NCBI RefSeq assembly: GCF_000143415.4 | Contig: NW_003314269.1 | Span: 3,602,673-3,666,672 of the forward strand | Length of the DNA stretch: 64,000 nucleotides | Origin: Selaginella moellendorffii | Taxonomy: Eukaryota > Plantae > Lycopodiophyta | Direction of reading: 5' to 3' | Shown here: one piece after another, positions 35,136 through 49,023 of the stretch | Position numbering within the stretch: position 1 is the first letter of the stretch | Layout: every line of letters starts with the position of its first letter | Made by a program: the position numbers and the translations under genes | The notes under the pieces: generated by a model | Database searches by the model: none | Told to the model about the DNA's origin: nothing | Seen by the model: the letters and a program-made list of their open reading frames with translations, nothing else

Positions 35136-37933
35136 ATGGCGCAGCACGGCGAGGAGCTCGCTATGGCTTCCGAGGCCGCGATCGAGCAGCACCAGGTAGC
35201 CGGCCTCAGCTTGCTCTTGCAGATCGTGATGCTGGGATTCGCCTTCGTCCTCGGCCATGTCCTTCGCCGCCACAAATTCTACTATCTCCACGAAGCCAGC
35301 GCCTCGCTGCTCATAGGTTCGTGTGCCAGCATTCTCAGAATCTCTAGATATTTTCTCGATATTTTCTTCCCTCTCTCAATTCTTGTCCAATTAGGCATCA
35401 TCGTGGGAGGGATCGCCAACGTCTCAAACAAGGAGATGAGTTTCAAGTATGGACTGCTCTCTTGTTTGCAAAGTTTCATTGATCCTCGATCGCAGGAGAT
35501 GGTTTAACTTCAACGAGGAGTTCTTTTTCTTGTTCCTTCTCCCGCCGATCATATTATATCCTTTTTGTCAGCATGTTCACAGTGAAATCTAGTGATCCTT
35601 GACACACAGAATCACCCAGTCAGGCTTCAACCTTTATGCTGTAAGTAGCTTTCTTCTCTACGTCAGGGAAGAATAAATTCTATTGCGCTGACGACACTCG
35701 GATGTACCAGAAACCGTTCTTTTCAAACTTTGGAGCGATTTGCGTATTTGCGATTGTGGGAACTTTCGTGGCCTCCATGGTGACAGGAATTTTGGTGTAC
35801 GTACTATGCTTACCCGTGCTGCTTGAGTAATTTACATTGTGTGTTTTGCAGTTTCCTTGGAGGACTATTTTTTCTCATGTACAAACTCTCATTCCTTGAA
35901 AGCTTGCTGTTCGGTTCTTTAATTTCAGCTACCGATCCTGTGACCGTACTTGCAATCTTCCAAGTATGTCCATAGCTACTTTCTAGTTTGTCCAAACTGA
36001 CTCTCTTTTCAGGAGCTCGGGACTGATATGAACTTGTATGCTCTTGTCTTTGGAGAGTCTGTCTTGAATGATGCTGTAAGTTAGTCAGGCTTGGACCCAT
36101 TCTCTAATGTTTCTATCTTATTTCTGATTTTGCGCAGATGGCTATTGCGCTTTACAAGTAAGTCGTCTTCACAAAATTTCCGGGACTTTAGTTACAGTTG
36201 AATGCAGGACGTTAATGAAGTTTTGGCATGATCCTTCCGCAAACTACAGCTTCACGGTTGCTGTTTCGAGCTTTTTGCAGACGTTCGTAGGATCTATGGG
36301 AACAGGTTAGTTTGCTTGATTCGTGTCTCTGCCTTATGCTGTTGATTTTACAGGTGTTGTTGTCGCATTATGCTGCGCTTTGATATCCTTGGAAATCGTT
36401 TGTTTTCTTTCTTTTTATGTGTCAATTCCTTGACAGCAGAACACCTATTCAAGTACGCTGGGCTTTCTGTCAACAGGTAGTATACTTGTTGAACAGATAT
36501 ACATTCTAAATATTGGGCTTTTGTGCTGCAGCCTTCATAATCTGGAATGCTGTCTGTTCGTCCTTTTCCCGTACTTTTCGTAAGTTTTTTTTCCAGCATT
36601 ACACAAGATCCTATGCTTGTTTTCCAGGTTCATGCTAGCGGAAGGGCTTGGACTTTCGGGAATCATAGCCATTCTCTTTTGTGGCATTGTGAGTTTGTGG
36701 TCTTTAGGTTTCACCTCTAATGCCTTCTAGCAGCTCATGAAGCATTATGCGTTTCAAAACCTGTCTGAACCTGCTCAAGCTTTTACGCGAGGATTTTTCC
36801 AATTAATCTCGTCTTTGGCAGAAACATTTTTGTGAGTCCTCCTTATATTTCTCCGAGTTTTACCCTTAATTTCAGGTTCATCTACATGGGCCTGGATATT
36901 GCGACCGAAAGTCATACCTGGTCTCACGTGGGATTCATCTTTTTCTCTATTGTATCCTTTCTCGTTTTGCTATTTATTCTTGGACGTGTTCCTTGACTGA
37001 GAGGGCACCTGCAGGTGTTTATCCTGGCAGCAAGGTATTTCTCGTGGAAGATTTTACATTGCTAATGCTATTGTTTTTCCAGAGCAGCTAACGTGTTTCC
37101 TTGCGCATACTTGATCAACTTGATCCGGCCTGTTGCAAGGAAAATACCTCTCAAGCATCAGAAGGCCCTTTGGTTTAGCGGTACGGAGCTGTTAAGCACG
37201 GCAATTGTGATCTTAACTGATGGTTTTTATTGATAGGCTTGCGAGGCGCCATGGCGTTCGGGTTGGCTTTGCAGAGCAAGCGTGATTTACCAACAAAATC
37301 TAATGGTGAGACGATATTCACCACTACAACAGCTATTGTCGTTGTCACGGTATGTATATTTCGCGTTTTCCTACGAAATTCAGCAATCTTCATAGGTCCT
37401 CTTCATTGGAGGCTCAACATCAACAATGCTGGAAAAGCTGGAAGTCGTTGGGGATGATTATGCGGCTCTAAATGTAGAGGTGAGCTGCCTTTCACTATTT
37501 AGATTGGAAGAAAGGGCCTCTTTTATGCGCAGATTGGAAACGACAATAATTTGGAGCTTCATAGCCCGACAAGCTCGAGATATCTAACGTAAGGAAAGAC
37601 TGTTACTTCCCTATAGTTTGTGCTGACCATTTTCTTTCACAGCTCGCCTTTCACAGCCTTCGACAAAAACTTTCTCAAGCCAATTTTCACGAGCCACGTT
37701 GATGATGAGGACTTTGGTCTTTTTGACGCTGGTAAGGCACAATCTCTGCTATCGCCGGTCACGCTAAGAAGAATTTACTCTTGTGGACAGTGGACCAGAA
37801 TCACTCTTCCGACAATCAGGCGGTAGAAATTCAGAGATCTCTCATACGACGAACAGAGAACGAGGATCGCCATTCGGAGAACGGTAGAAGCACAAAAGCC
37901 ATAAGAGACACTGGACGATTTAGAAGCTTTTAA
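35136..37933 (+). CDS. endosomal-class Na+/H+ exchanger (NHX5/NHX6-like), about 20 small exons including three U12 introns
   Basis: [78 protein letters not shown]. Confidence 0.93.
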
Positions 37934-38009
37934 AGAACGTGTAATACCAAATACCTTGTAACCATTTCCTCTGTGAAGGGACGAAAAGTTGACGGAGATT
38001 GGTATGCTA

Positions 38010-38760
38010 GGGGTTTCCTTGATAAATACACACTTGAAGTGCCTTGTACATATACTTTGATGCTTTCCTTTATCTTACCGAGAGTATGCAAGCCGTTTAG
38101 TTTCGTCTAGGCTCTCATCCCGCGGGATCGTCTGACGTGCGAGCCGAGTCGGTTTCCAATCCATTGGCGTGAACATAAACTGTAGAGAACTTAATTCTGC
38201 CAGCATTTTCCTTGCTTTTTCTTTCTTCATACTTGTAAAAAGCCGAAGAAGAAGAAGTAGCAGCCTTGCCTTACAAAGGGCTTCAACATCTCGGCTCTAC
38301 TGAGAAACGAGTGCAAAACTACGCCATCGGGGAAATCTCCCATCTCCCTGTTATCTCTCCCTTTTGACGTCAAATGGCGAGCGACAAAAGAAAACATAGA
38401 ATAGCAAGAGTTTCTTGAGAAGATGTTGCCAATGCCCGGACACAGCGCATAGACGCCGGCAGATGAAGCTCAAGTTGCTGCTTTAAGACTTAGAAAACTC
38501 TTCGAAGGAAAGAGCGCACATAACTGGGTGCTTTCGTCACCCTGTCGCAAAAACGTTTTCTACAAGAAGAAACACTGTCATGAAGAACAAGTTACACCTT
38601 TCCAACAGCAATCCACTTTAGGACAGCCGGTCCCATGATCGAGGCAAGAAAAGACTTTGTGCTTCTGACAGAAATTCTTCAACCTAGAGAAACTCTACAA
38701 ACTCTAGAGCAAGAAGTCAGCCAATCAAGGCAGGAAAGAAAGGAAAAAAACCGCTAGTAA
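38010..38760 (-). pseudogene. degenerate duplicate of the TatD DNase gene
   Basis: Colinear with 40190-41280 including intron remnants (e.g. aaagggcttca.catctcggct.tac.gagaaacgagtgcaaaa..acgcc.tcggggaaatc.cccatctccctg), with many short deletions and frameshifts. Confidence 0.85.
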
Positions 38761-40172
38761 CGACTAGAAAAGCTGGATCCAAAGAGAACCAAGTCTGGTG
38801 ATGGCTGCACGCGAAGCATACTCTGCTATAACTAAGCTTTCTTTTGCTAGATTGTGGAAGAAAATATCAATGCAATCAAGCCATTCATTGATGAGCAGGA
38901 AGGATCAAAAGATTTACCTGCTGTTGTTAAAGCTCCAAATCGTTGTATTTCCTCCTGGTAGATGACTCCGGAAATTTATTTGCCCACTCGACCATTTGTG
39001 GAGGTGCTCGAGTGGGAAGATAGAGATAGCTTGACTAGTACAAAAAAAAAGTAAGACTAGCAACGATTTAAACATTAGATTAAGCATAATTAGCATACTC
39101 AACCACTCCAAAGCAGATTTATAATTAATAATATATTTTATGCTATTAAATTTTTTAATATTATTCTACAATAAAGAAAAATTAAGAGTGACATATTAAA
39201 TATAAGTAATTTATAGGCAAGAAAGAAAATAATTGGTCAAATTTTCATATGTATATGTTTATCATTTTTATTTCCAACAACTATCATTAATATAGACATC
39301 CGAATCTGATGCTAAATAATTTTTATTTTAATTTATAATGCCTTATCGTCATGATATTTCCATTACCATAATATTTTATAATTTTATTATAATTAAAAAT
39401 ATTTTTTGCTTAATTCCATAACCTACATTCTTCAAATAAAATATAATTCAAAATCACTTAAAAAACATTTCAACTCAGAAAAACTCTATTTTCATTCTTG
39501 GCCTATAACCTCTCAACTCCTTTATATATATATTTGAAGTAGCAATCAGTATAAATGTTAAAAGTAAATAAATTTTTTTGTCACTCATTATTATTAATTC
39601 TTTTAGAAATTAGTGAAATTTTTTCATTATTTATAATATATTTATTCCAATTTATACAAATTAATTTTTTTTGTCCGGGTGCGGGTAGTCCGCATCTTCG
39701 CAGACATGTTTATTTCACCGTAGTTACTTCTTTAAATGCTAAATAAAACTATTAAAATATAAATAAATCATAATTTACACTAAATTTATTATACCATCTT
39801 ATTATATTTTAATTTAATTTATTTAATATAATTCAATAAGAAATATTCAAGAGCTAGGCTAAATTTATTTTGTTAGAGTAAATATTTTGAATTAATGAAA
39901 ACACTCTTGCAACTACAATTAGATTTAACTTTCCTTTTCTATTATTTATTTTATTGCATTATTTATAAATATATTAATAAAGTTTAATTTAATTTAATTT
40001 AAACTAAAAATATTCAAATAATCAGAAACTAATCCCTTACAAGTAAAAAACATTGAATATATTAGAAATAATTGAATTGGTAGCTTCCAGATGCAAGTGT
40101 TGCTTGTTCTGCAATGTCAGTCCAACTTTACCTGTATTGGGCATTTCTTTTGGTTTTTTCTTTCTTTTTTCT

Positions 40173-41561
40173 TTAATTTACTTTGGAACCCTCGTAGCTA
40201 AATACACGTTTGGCATTCTTGAAGCTGGCAGCTGAGAGCTCGTCTTTCGAGAGGCCCTTGAGTTGAGACACCCATGAAAGCACCTGAAAACATATATACA
40301 TAGACATGGCCTGTGATGTTTTCCTTGCTCTTACCGAGAGTATGTTGGCAGGATGGTTTAGAGCTTTCGACTTTGCAAGCTCCTCCAGGCTCTCGTCGGC
40401 TGGAGATCCCGCAGGATCGTCTGGGATCCACGAGAGCATGCTGGAATCCACAACAGGGAGCGCGTCGGGAGCGTCTGTTTCCAGAAGAATTCGATCCATT
40501 GGCACCTGAGCTCGAGGTAAGCATAAACATGTAGAAGAACATGGCTTATAGAGAACTTACTTCTGCTAGCATTTTCCTTGCTTTTTGTTCCTTCATGCTC
40601 GTTAGAAAGCCGGAGAAGGAAAAGTAGCAGCCGTGCCTTGCAAAGGGCTTCACCATCTCGGCTGTACCGAGAAACGAGTGCAAAATGACGCCGTCGGGGA
40701 AATCGCCCATCTCCCTGTTTTGACGTATGATAGCTCAACGTAGAGAAGCAAACGGCGAGGGAGAAAAGAAAAGAATTCTTACTTGAGAAGATGCTGAAGC
40801 TGTCCGAATGCCCGGACGCAGTGCACAGACACCGGCCGATGAATTTCTCGAGCTAGCTCAAGTTGCTGCTTTAAAACTTCAATCTGGTTTCACCAGATTC
40901 TAAGAAACAAGAAAAGTCTTCGAAGGAAAGAGCGCACCTGAGTGCTTTCGTCAGTTTGCTTTCCACGGGTTCCCATGTCAAGCCCCACCTTGACAAGCCG
41001 GCAAACGTTTTCTACAAGGAAAAACATTGTCATCAAGAACAAGTTATACCTCCCCCACAGCAGCGGAAGGATCCGAAGAAAGCATCGACTTTAGATTTGA
41101 CAGCCAGTCCGATGATCGAGAGCTGACATACCTGCGAACGCCAAGCAAGAAATTTTTTTGATACCACTTCACGAAGAACAGTGTGCTTTTTTAGAACTCG
41201 ACAGAATTCTTCTAAAACTTTAGAGCAAGCAGTCAGCAAAGAATAAGGCAAGAAAGAAAGCTCAGCAGTGGCTAGAATTTTCGCTCCACAGAGAGAATCT
41301 AAAGAAGAATACCATGGATGGAGGCCATAGTTTGGAACCACGGATGAGTGGCTCTCGCCCAGCGTCTTGACTGTCGTCCAATCCTCCTAGAAATGAACAG
41401 GTTCTTATCCAACAAGGAGAAACTAGAGATGGATTTACCTCGGAGGTGCCATTCACCGCAAACCAGCGCACTCCGGCGTCCGCGGCAGATTGGATGAGCT
41501 GCGGCACACAGTGCGCCACTCGCGGATCATGCAAGTGGCAGTGCGCGTCAAAGAGCGGCAT
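40173..41561 (-). CDS. TatD-related DNase (amidohydrolase fold)
   Basis: MPLFDAHCHLHDPR, PNYGLHPW, SVHCVRAFG, GVILHSFLG, DRILLETDAPD, NHPANI. Confidence 0.92.
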
Positions 41562-41931
41562 TTTCTTCGCTCTAATAACCTAAACAAAAACTAGTTCTTG
41601 ACGTGCTATCATCAGCTCATTCGGTGATTCACCTAAAGGTGGCAAAATTCTCAAAGAGATCCTCCTCACAAAATCTATACTACCGTAACAACACGCAGGG
41701 CAGCCAATTTCATGTCCCGAGCCTTTGCAAGTTCCGTTCGCGTCTTCCTCGCGCGGGGCGCACAGTCACGAAGGGATTTCGATACCTCGAAGGAAGATTT
41801 CTTTCAAAGAATTTATCCGCTCTTTATTCTGCTGTCATCGGTCTGTTCTCTAACAAAAATGAAGCTTGCTGCGAGCAGCCGTGTGCTGTAGTGTGTGATC
41901 CTCCCCTCTCTTTCTTTCAGGTTCTTAGCGT

Positions 41932-43819
41932 TCAAGGCTTGAATGGAGCGAAGACAACGACGGAATTGTGTCCACCGAATCCAAACGAGTTCGAAATAGC
42001 TGCACAAAATTTGAACGTGAGCACACTAGCTTCGAGAGAGAGAAACGCAAATTGCGACTCACCAACGTTTACTTCGTGCTGTTTCTTCACGTTTGCGACG
42101 CGATCAAATGGCACGGAGGGCTCTGGGTCCTAGACAAAGGAGAAAAACGAGGCAGTGTTTAACTTAAGTAGCAGCAAAAGCTTACGAATTGGTTGATTGA
42201 AGGATGGAGCCAGCCAGTGGTAATGGCTTTGATCACGGCAATCGCCTCCAGTCCACCAGCGGCCCCGAGACAGTGGCCGATCATAGACTGCATCAAATAG
42301 ATTTTTGATAACGTATCTGCAAGAATACGATATGCTACTAACCTTTGTTGCATTTATCTTTATGTCGCTGGATTCGCTGAAGACCTTCTTGATGGCATTG
42401 ATCTCGGCCAAGTCGCCGACCACCGTTGAAGTAGCATGAGCGTTGATGTAATTTACCTGGACAAAGTCGCAGGCGACAAAAAAATGGCGAAATGTCTTTA
42501 TAAGAAACAAAAAAGAAATGTCTTTTACCTCCTCGGGAGAAACTCCGGCATCTTCGAGGCTTTTCGAGATGCAAGTTGACACGCCCAGACCATCCGCCCG
42601 AGGATCTGTCATGTGGTGAGCGTCGCAAGTTACCGCACCACCAAGATACTCGCCATAGATTGGCGCTCCACGCTTCATGGCATGCTCTAGGCTCTCCATC
42701 ACCTGCAAAGAGAGCTTATAATCGATCACCGAGTACAGAAAGCATCACGGAACTTACCAAAACTCCAGAGCCTTCACCCATGACAAATCCTTCTCGGCCT
42801 TTGTCCCACGGTCTCGACGCGGTCTGTGGATCGGAGTTGCGTTGCGACAACGCTCTGCATGCGACAAAGCCACCCAAGCCGACTGGAATGATCGCTGCTT
42901 CGGTGCCTCCGGCCACCATCACGTCAGCTTCACCTCTACGAATGGAGTTTGCTGCCGCATAGAAGCAGTAATTCGAGGTGGCACAGGCAGTAGAAATCGA
43001 GTAGTTTGGCCCCATAAGTCCCAGCTCTATAGCCAGCAATGCCGATGCCATGTTGGTAATCGAGTAAGGAATGAAAAACGGAGTGATCCGTCTATATCCC
43101 TTCTCGATCAGCGACTGGACTCCATCAGAGAAAACTGAGAGCCCTCCCATTCCGGAGCCAATGAGTACGCCCACTCTTTGCTTGTCAACCTGGTAAGAAA
43201 AATTGCTCCTTTAGAAAACAAGAACAAAAGAGAGAGGTTTGCTACCTTATCGAGCTTGTCTCCTCCAAGATCAGCGTGCTCCAGAGCTCTCTTTCCACCA
43301 ACAATTCCATACCTGAGGCAGTCATCCAGCCGGCGATCGTTCTTGCCATCAATGTAGCCTTTCGCCGAGAAGTCACGAATCTGTGCCGCAAACTTGGTAG
43401 GGAACTGGGAGGCATCGAAGCGATCGATCAGCCCGACTCCACTCTGCCCATCCAGGAGCTTGTCGTAGTACGTGTCCACATCGTTTCCAAACACCGAGAC
43501 GAGTCCCATTCCCGTGATCACCACCCTCTTCTTGGGATCGGTCTCGCGCTTTGGAGCCGCGGCGGTGGCCGCCGACGCCATGGCACGGCATTTTCTAGCG
43601 CGGCCTGGCAGTGGGGATCGATCAAAAGCCCGAAATTTCCAGGGAAAAGCGCATGCATTGCATGAAGAACTCACCAATCTTGAGGCGACCCGCGGGCGGC
43701 AGCGGGGAATTCGAAGAAGCTCCTCCTCCTCCTCCAAGCGCGGCGAGATCGCGAGCTGGGACGAGCTCCGACTGGGCGAGGAATGCCGACGCCGCTGGTG
43801 CGTGGGGAGCCATCGCCAT
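41932..43819 (-). CDS. KASI: plastid 3-oxoacyl-[ACP] synthase I (KAS I)
   Basis: PKRETDPKKRVVITGMG, YSISTACATSNYCFY (catalytic Cys), YINAHATST, SMIGHCLGAAG, SNSFGFGGHN. Confidence 0.96.
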
Positions 43820-44069
43820 GACCGCCTAGGGTATGAGCGCCTCGACGAGGAGAAAGAGTGGCGAGGCCCCGGGCTTTAGACGCAGCATGTAACAGCGGCC
43901 TCGATGGCCCGGCGTTATAGTCAAACCCCATCCGTCCACGTGTCCTTGGAAAGCTTGGAATGGCATCGTTTGATTCTATTTTATTTTATTTAAAAAAGCA
44001 TTATAATTAGCAATTCTCACCAAATGCTTTTATTTTCTAGGAATTTTGGCTTGTAATTTCCACTTTTAA

Positions 44070-46660
44070 TCACTGGTGCTCCTCATCCTGGACAGTGCCG
44101 GCCAGCGTTGCAACCATGCTGTTGATCTCGTTCAAGCATATTGAGGCAGCAGTAATATCATAAGCTTGGGTAGTCTTCAGCGAATGTAGCAATGATCTAA
44201 ATGACAAGAACATACACTTGTATCATCGCTCCAAAGAAACGACTCAGCAACAAAGCAAAAGAAATAAATTGAGCATCAAGGAACTTGCTTCTCATCGTCT
44301 GGAAACGCATAGTTGTCCATGACACGCAAGGATGCCTTCAGCTGCCTCAATGATAGAGATGGTACCTTCTTGAGAAAAGAAGAAACTGAAAATGAAGCAA
44401 AAGAGAATAGACAAACTTACACTCGTCATTGTCGCTGGGATCCATAGGAGATTTGCACAATCGACTGGACAGAGTTTCTGGTGCTGAAGAGCTTCTAGGG
44501 ACATGCGCCTTTGATGATCTTCACAGGACGCAGATGCCAAAGAAGACAGTCCTGGGAGACAAAGATTGAGGTAACAATAAAAACAAGAAAAATATCCTTG
44601 TAAGTAATAAACTTAAGCATTCCTTTGCAGTTAAAGCACCATACATCATGCCTGAGTTTGTAAGGGTAGTCAATAAGAAAATTAGTGAAGTACCTGACTT
44701 ATAGCTCCAGTGTGCTATGTGATTGACTACAGGTTTTTTTCCCCATGGAACGAGTGAGCGTCAAGGTAATTGGTGTCACTAGATGATAGGAATTCTGGTT
44801 TGCATCGCTTGCAAGAGAGAACCATTCTTTTCTCAAACCTTCTGTGTGCATTGATTTTTTAGACAAGGCGAGTGCAGACATTTTTGCTCCCACGTGCCTA
44901 ACCTCCTCGTTACTACTCAAGCTTGTGAGAAGATCGAGCGTGTCTAGAAATGTGGTGGGAGCCTCAAACACCCTCACAACCTTCGTATCTATAGTGAATG
45001 GTTTAGCTGAGAATAAGAAAAAAAGCTCACCAATTGATTCGAATCCATGAGCCTCAAAGTTTGATCAATCCATTCTCCTGATGGAAAAAAAAACCTTCGA
45101 TAGCCAAAGAAGCACATACAACCATATGTTTCAATCTAGAAGACGAAAAGGCTAGACATGGAAAATGTGTCCATCTGCAGAAGCAGCATGAGTGTTTGGA
45201 GAGTTCAGCAATGTCGGATTTAGGGTTTTAAAGGGTATAATGGCATATTCATTTTTAAATCTCGCATTCGCCATCATCAAACTCCAGTTGTAAAACTTGA
45301 TTGAATCAGTGAAGCTGGAGGAAACTTGGCCATGACAAGCTCACCAGCCATTATGAAAACCCTAAATATACTCACCTACAGTATATAGGTAATTTAAAAT
45401 TAGTTCATCTTTTACCTTTTTCTCCGAAAATGTTAGTATTTAAGATATTGTAATATTTACCTTCAAATAAACTTCAAATAAACTAAAGTAAGCTATAAAT
45501 CAAAGTACAACAACATCTCGAATAGTAATTTTTAATCCATTTGATTTCTCCTAATCTCCCCTTCCTCAAAATCCAAAGACCACTCTGGTAATGTATCCAC
45601 AAGATCTTCCTCTTTCTCCTCCCTCAATGCAGCATATGTGATTCTTGGTAAGACCCAGAACCAGCCTTCTCTTTTCATATATATATATATATACATGTTC
45701 ATGCTAATCTTATTGTGCCCAAATGAAGTCGTCTAATTGATTTTAACTCTCTTCACCTTGTCTTCTTGAGTTCTGATGTGTTCCATTTGGCATAAGAACC
45801 ATGCCACAGTCTTCAGCAAAGCCATTGAGATGAGCACTATTGAGGTAGTTCTAGTATCTGAGCAATTACCAAAATGCTGTGCAGTGTAATTGCGTTCGTA
45901 CATGTAACGAGATCAGGAAATTGCCCAAGGACGCGCATCCGCATAGCCAGGAAGAACAACCATCCAAAATAAGATTATGTAGAGGTCTTCTGTATGTATA
46001 TTTTACCTGAGGAAAATTTGGTCACCATAGATTAATAATGAAAGAGAGGTAGATTTGGGTCCCATCCTTCACTTTGGCAATGAGACCTTATCCCTCTTGA
46101 AGGAAGGAAACAGAAGAGTTAGCTGCTACAAGTTTCACAAACTCTCATTGTTTCTTACGTTAAAACATGGCTCCACACTATGCCTAAAGTTGGCTTCTTT
46201 TGTTGATGGTTGTAGCTCATTGGTTTCAAGAACATCATTCAGCACATTACATTACAAATCCACGGATCAACCCACGGAAGGAAGCAAAGAATTTTTCAGG
46301 TTTGGTTTCTGTAAAAAGTTGCCTGGTAGCTACTTGGTCGTAAATCTGATCGTCCAATGTGAGCTGCCAGGAAATCTTGTTTAGAAGCTTCTCATTCCTG
46401 AAGGACTTTGTTAATAGGAAACTTGGAAGAAGCAGACACTCTGGAATGAAAAGCCTGTCCCAGCAAAGTGTGAAGGTTGAGACGACAGGTTCTGATCGCT
46501 GCGATGGATTCGAACAGCCAAGTCTGGAAGAAAACTGACAGGCAAGCTTAGATTCCAGAGAAGTTTGTCTCTCTGCCACATTGACACCTTTTGTCCGGTG
46601 TTCACAACAAGAACAAGAAAATGGGAGAGAAGCAATCGGCGTGGCCTGCAAGAACAAGAA
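44070..46660 (-). pseudogene. possible degraded multi-exon gene of unknown family
   Basis: Several exon-like, codon-plausible minus-strand segments bounded by GT/AG (e.g. ..DITAASICLNEINSMVATLAGTVQDEEHQ*, VLPRITYAALREEKEEDLVDTLPEW). No coherent model could be built. Confidence 0.25.
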
Positions 46661-47760
46661 CTACTAGTGCTTCCCGTGACCTTGATGAATCATCGTGTCT
46701 ATTATAGAGATCGCACCGCAGCTTTTGGGGAAGTTACTGCTAATCCATTCGATCGATCTCTGGGAGTGCTGCTTTTGCACATGGCAAATGCACGCGAAGA
46801 GCTCGCTCGTCATCATCAGCATCGTCTAAGATCCGCACGGATTAAAAAAGAGCAACAGTACATTACAAAGGGGTCTATAATATATAGACATAGACAATCT
46901 GATTGAAAACATGAGCTATAGAGCGATAAATATATGACACTTCCCAGGCCATGCGCAGGGCTTTGTCTCTTGCATGCCCAAAGCCTGCAAAGCAGTGGTG
47001 ATACCTTTGGAAACATTAGCCAGCTTAAAGGAAGAAAACCTAATCTTTTATACAAAAGGTGGTGGAGGTTAAAAAGTAATGTGGGGTTTTTAGTTTTGGA
47101 GGCTGCCATCATCAAACCGTGTCAATCGACAAACTCCCACCGCATGACGCTGACCTCTGCCTCGAATTCAATCATACTACCACTTCAAGAAATTCTTTTT
47201 CATTCTTTTCTTTTCTCCTTCCTTTGCTGCTACCAGTTTTTGCCTTTCTTGGCCTACCACAGCGCTGTACCACACTGCAATTTACTAAATTTTTTCTAGA
47301 TATATTTAAATCTATGAATAAAAAGTTAATAAATCTATGCTGTACCGCTCCTGGCTAAGTACCTTTACAAGTATCTCATGCTTCAAGGACGAATATAAAC
47401 TGACCATGATCAATTGCTGAATTAGTCATAAAAATATAATCACATATTGATAATAATAATAATATGGAAGTGATCCACAGCGCAGGACAGAAAACAGCGT
47501 TCGTTTCATTCACTTCCAGGCTCTCTCTGAAATCCAGGAAACCACCGAAGGAAGAGAAACGGAGAGGAGGGCGTAACAAAAGCCAGCAAACTGGATGGGA
47601 AGGTACCTGTTTTGTCGAGAAAAGTATAATAAGTAACCACCAGCACGAAGTTCATCCATCTCTTCTGGGAAACCAAGAAAGAAACAAGCTCGATTCATCG
47701 ATCGACTGGATGAAGTGGGGAGAGAGAAAGTATCCAGGCCTGTGTGATGTCATCCGCGGG

Positions 47761-49023
47761 CTACCTGGTAAATCCCCAGAGATCAACATCATACGAGTAA
47801 TCTGGCTGTTGCAGCTGCTGCCCCCTGTTCATGCGTTCCACCAGACTGTCCAAGTTGCCCAGCCGTGATTCTTTGGAGAACTCGTCCTCGTGAACTCCAG
47901 CCACTTGGGAGGAGAGCATTCTCTCGGGATCCTCCCAGGATGGCGGCACCATTTCGTCGCTGAAACCATGAAAGCTAGTCTCTGCCGGGGCCTGTGTTCC
48001 GCCGCCACTAAACGTCTTGTGGACCAGTTCTTCTAGCTCGTTGTCGATGTAGGAGGAAGCTTTGATCAAATCGTGGTGGTGCTCATGATCTTCCGGAGGA
48101 GGATTGTAGCTCATGGGGCTTGCTCTCTTGGGGCTCTCGAGGTGCGGCAGCGAGTGATCAAACGCAAATGGGAAGTAGATACCGGCGCTCTCCAACTCTT
48201 GCTTGACAAAACTGCTGTTGCTGCTATACATCTTGTCCATATTTTCTTCCGGATCGTAGCAGCAGGCCCCGTCGAAGTCACTGCTCGGCTTCTTGACAAC
48301 GTTGCGTTTCCTGAAAACTCGGCAGACCACCCAGCCTTCTTCCTGCCATTGCAAAATAAGAGTGAGAGAAGCGATCACACAATTGACACAGTGAATCATA
48401 TCTAAAGTTTCTTCTTCTCTCTCTCTCTCTCATTTTTTTTAGCTTACGTTTGTTGCAGTGTTGTTGATATCATCCTCCAGGCGATACTCGTGCATTATCC
48501 AGTCCGATTTCTGCCCGTTTGGAGCTCGACCTTTGTAGAAAACCAGCGTCTTCCTCATGCCGATCAATTTGGAGACGCGAGCAAAGATTGGCTTGTCTCG
48601 CCCAGTGGCCTTCCAAAATCCTGCACCGGTGGCTCTGTTGGTCCTCGTCCCGGTCGGGTATTTCTTGTCTTTGTGGCTGAAGAAGTACCACTCGTGCTGC
48701 TCCGCGGAGCCAATTCGGCACCGTTCTGTGTGTGGCAAACGCAATTCATCGATGGCAGTGAGAGAAGAGACATTTAGAACGCAAAGACTTCCAAAGAACG
48801 GTTTTTTTTTTCCGAAATGAGAAGCTTGAGGGATGACCGTCTTACCTTGAAGATCCCATGGCTCCAGCTTGTACAAGTCGATCTCGCGGATGACATCCAA
48901 ATCAATTTTGCTCGCGGCCACTTTCTTGGCCAAGTAGTAACCCACGAGTTCTTCGTCGGTGGGATGAAATCGAAAGCCAGGAGGAACAGAAGAAGTTCCA
49001 CTGAGTTGGATGCTTGATGACAT
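47761..49023 (-). CDS. NAC transcription factor, VNS (VND/NST/SMB) group, 3 exons
   Basis: [62 protein letters not shown]-terminal LP-box LPHLESP and WQ-box-like [12 protein letters not shown]. Confidence 0.93.

Noticed and set aside
10070-43819. Biosynthetic gene cluster (GT14, ABCB, FAD oxidoreductases, KAS I)
   Set aside because: GT14, ABCB6/20 and KAS I are conserved housekeeping orthologue types interspersed with unrelated genes, and there is no scaffold-forming enzyme. Only co-expression could rescue the idea.
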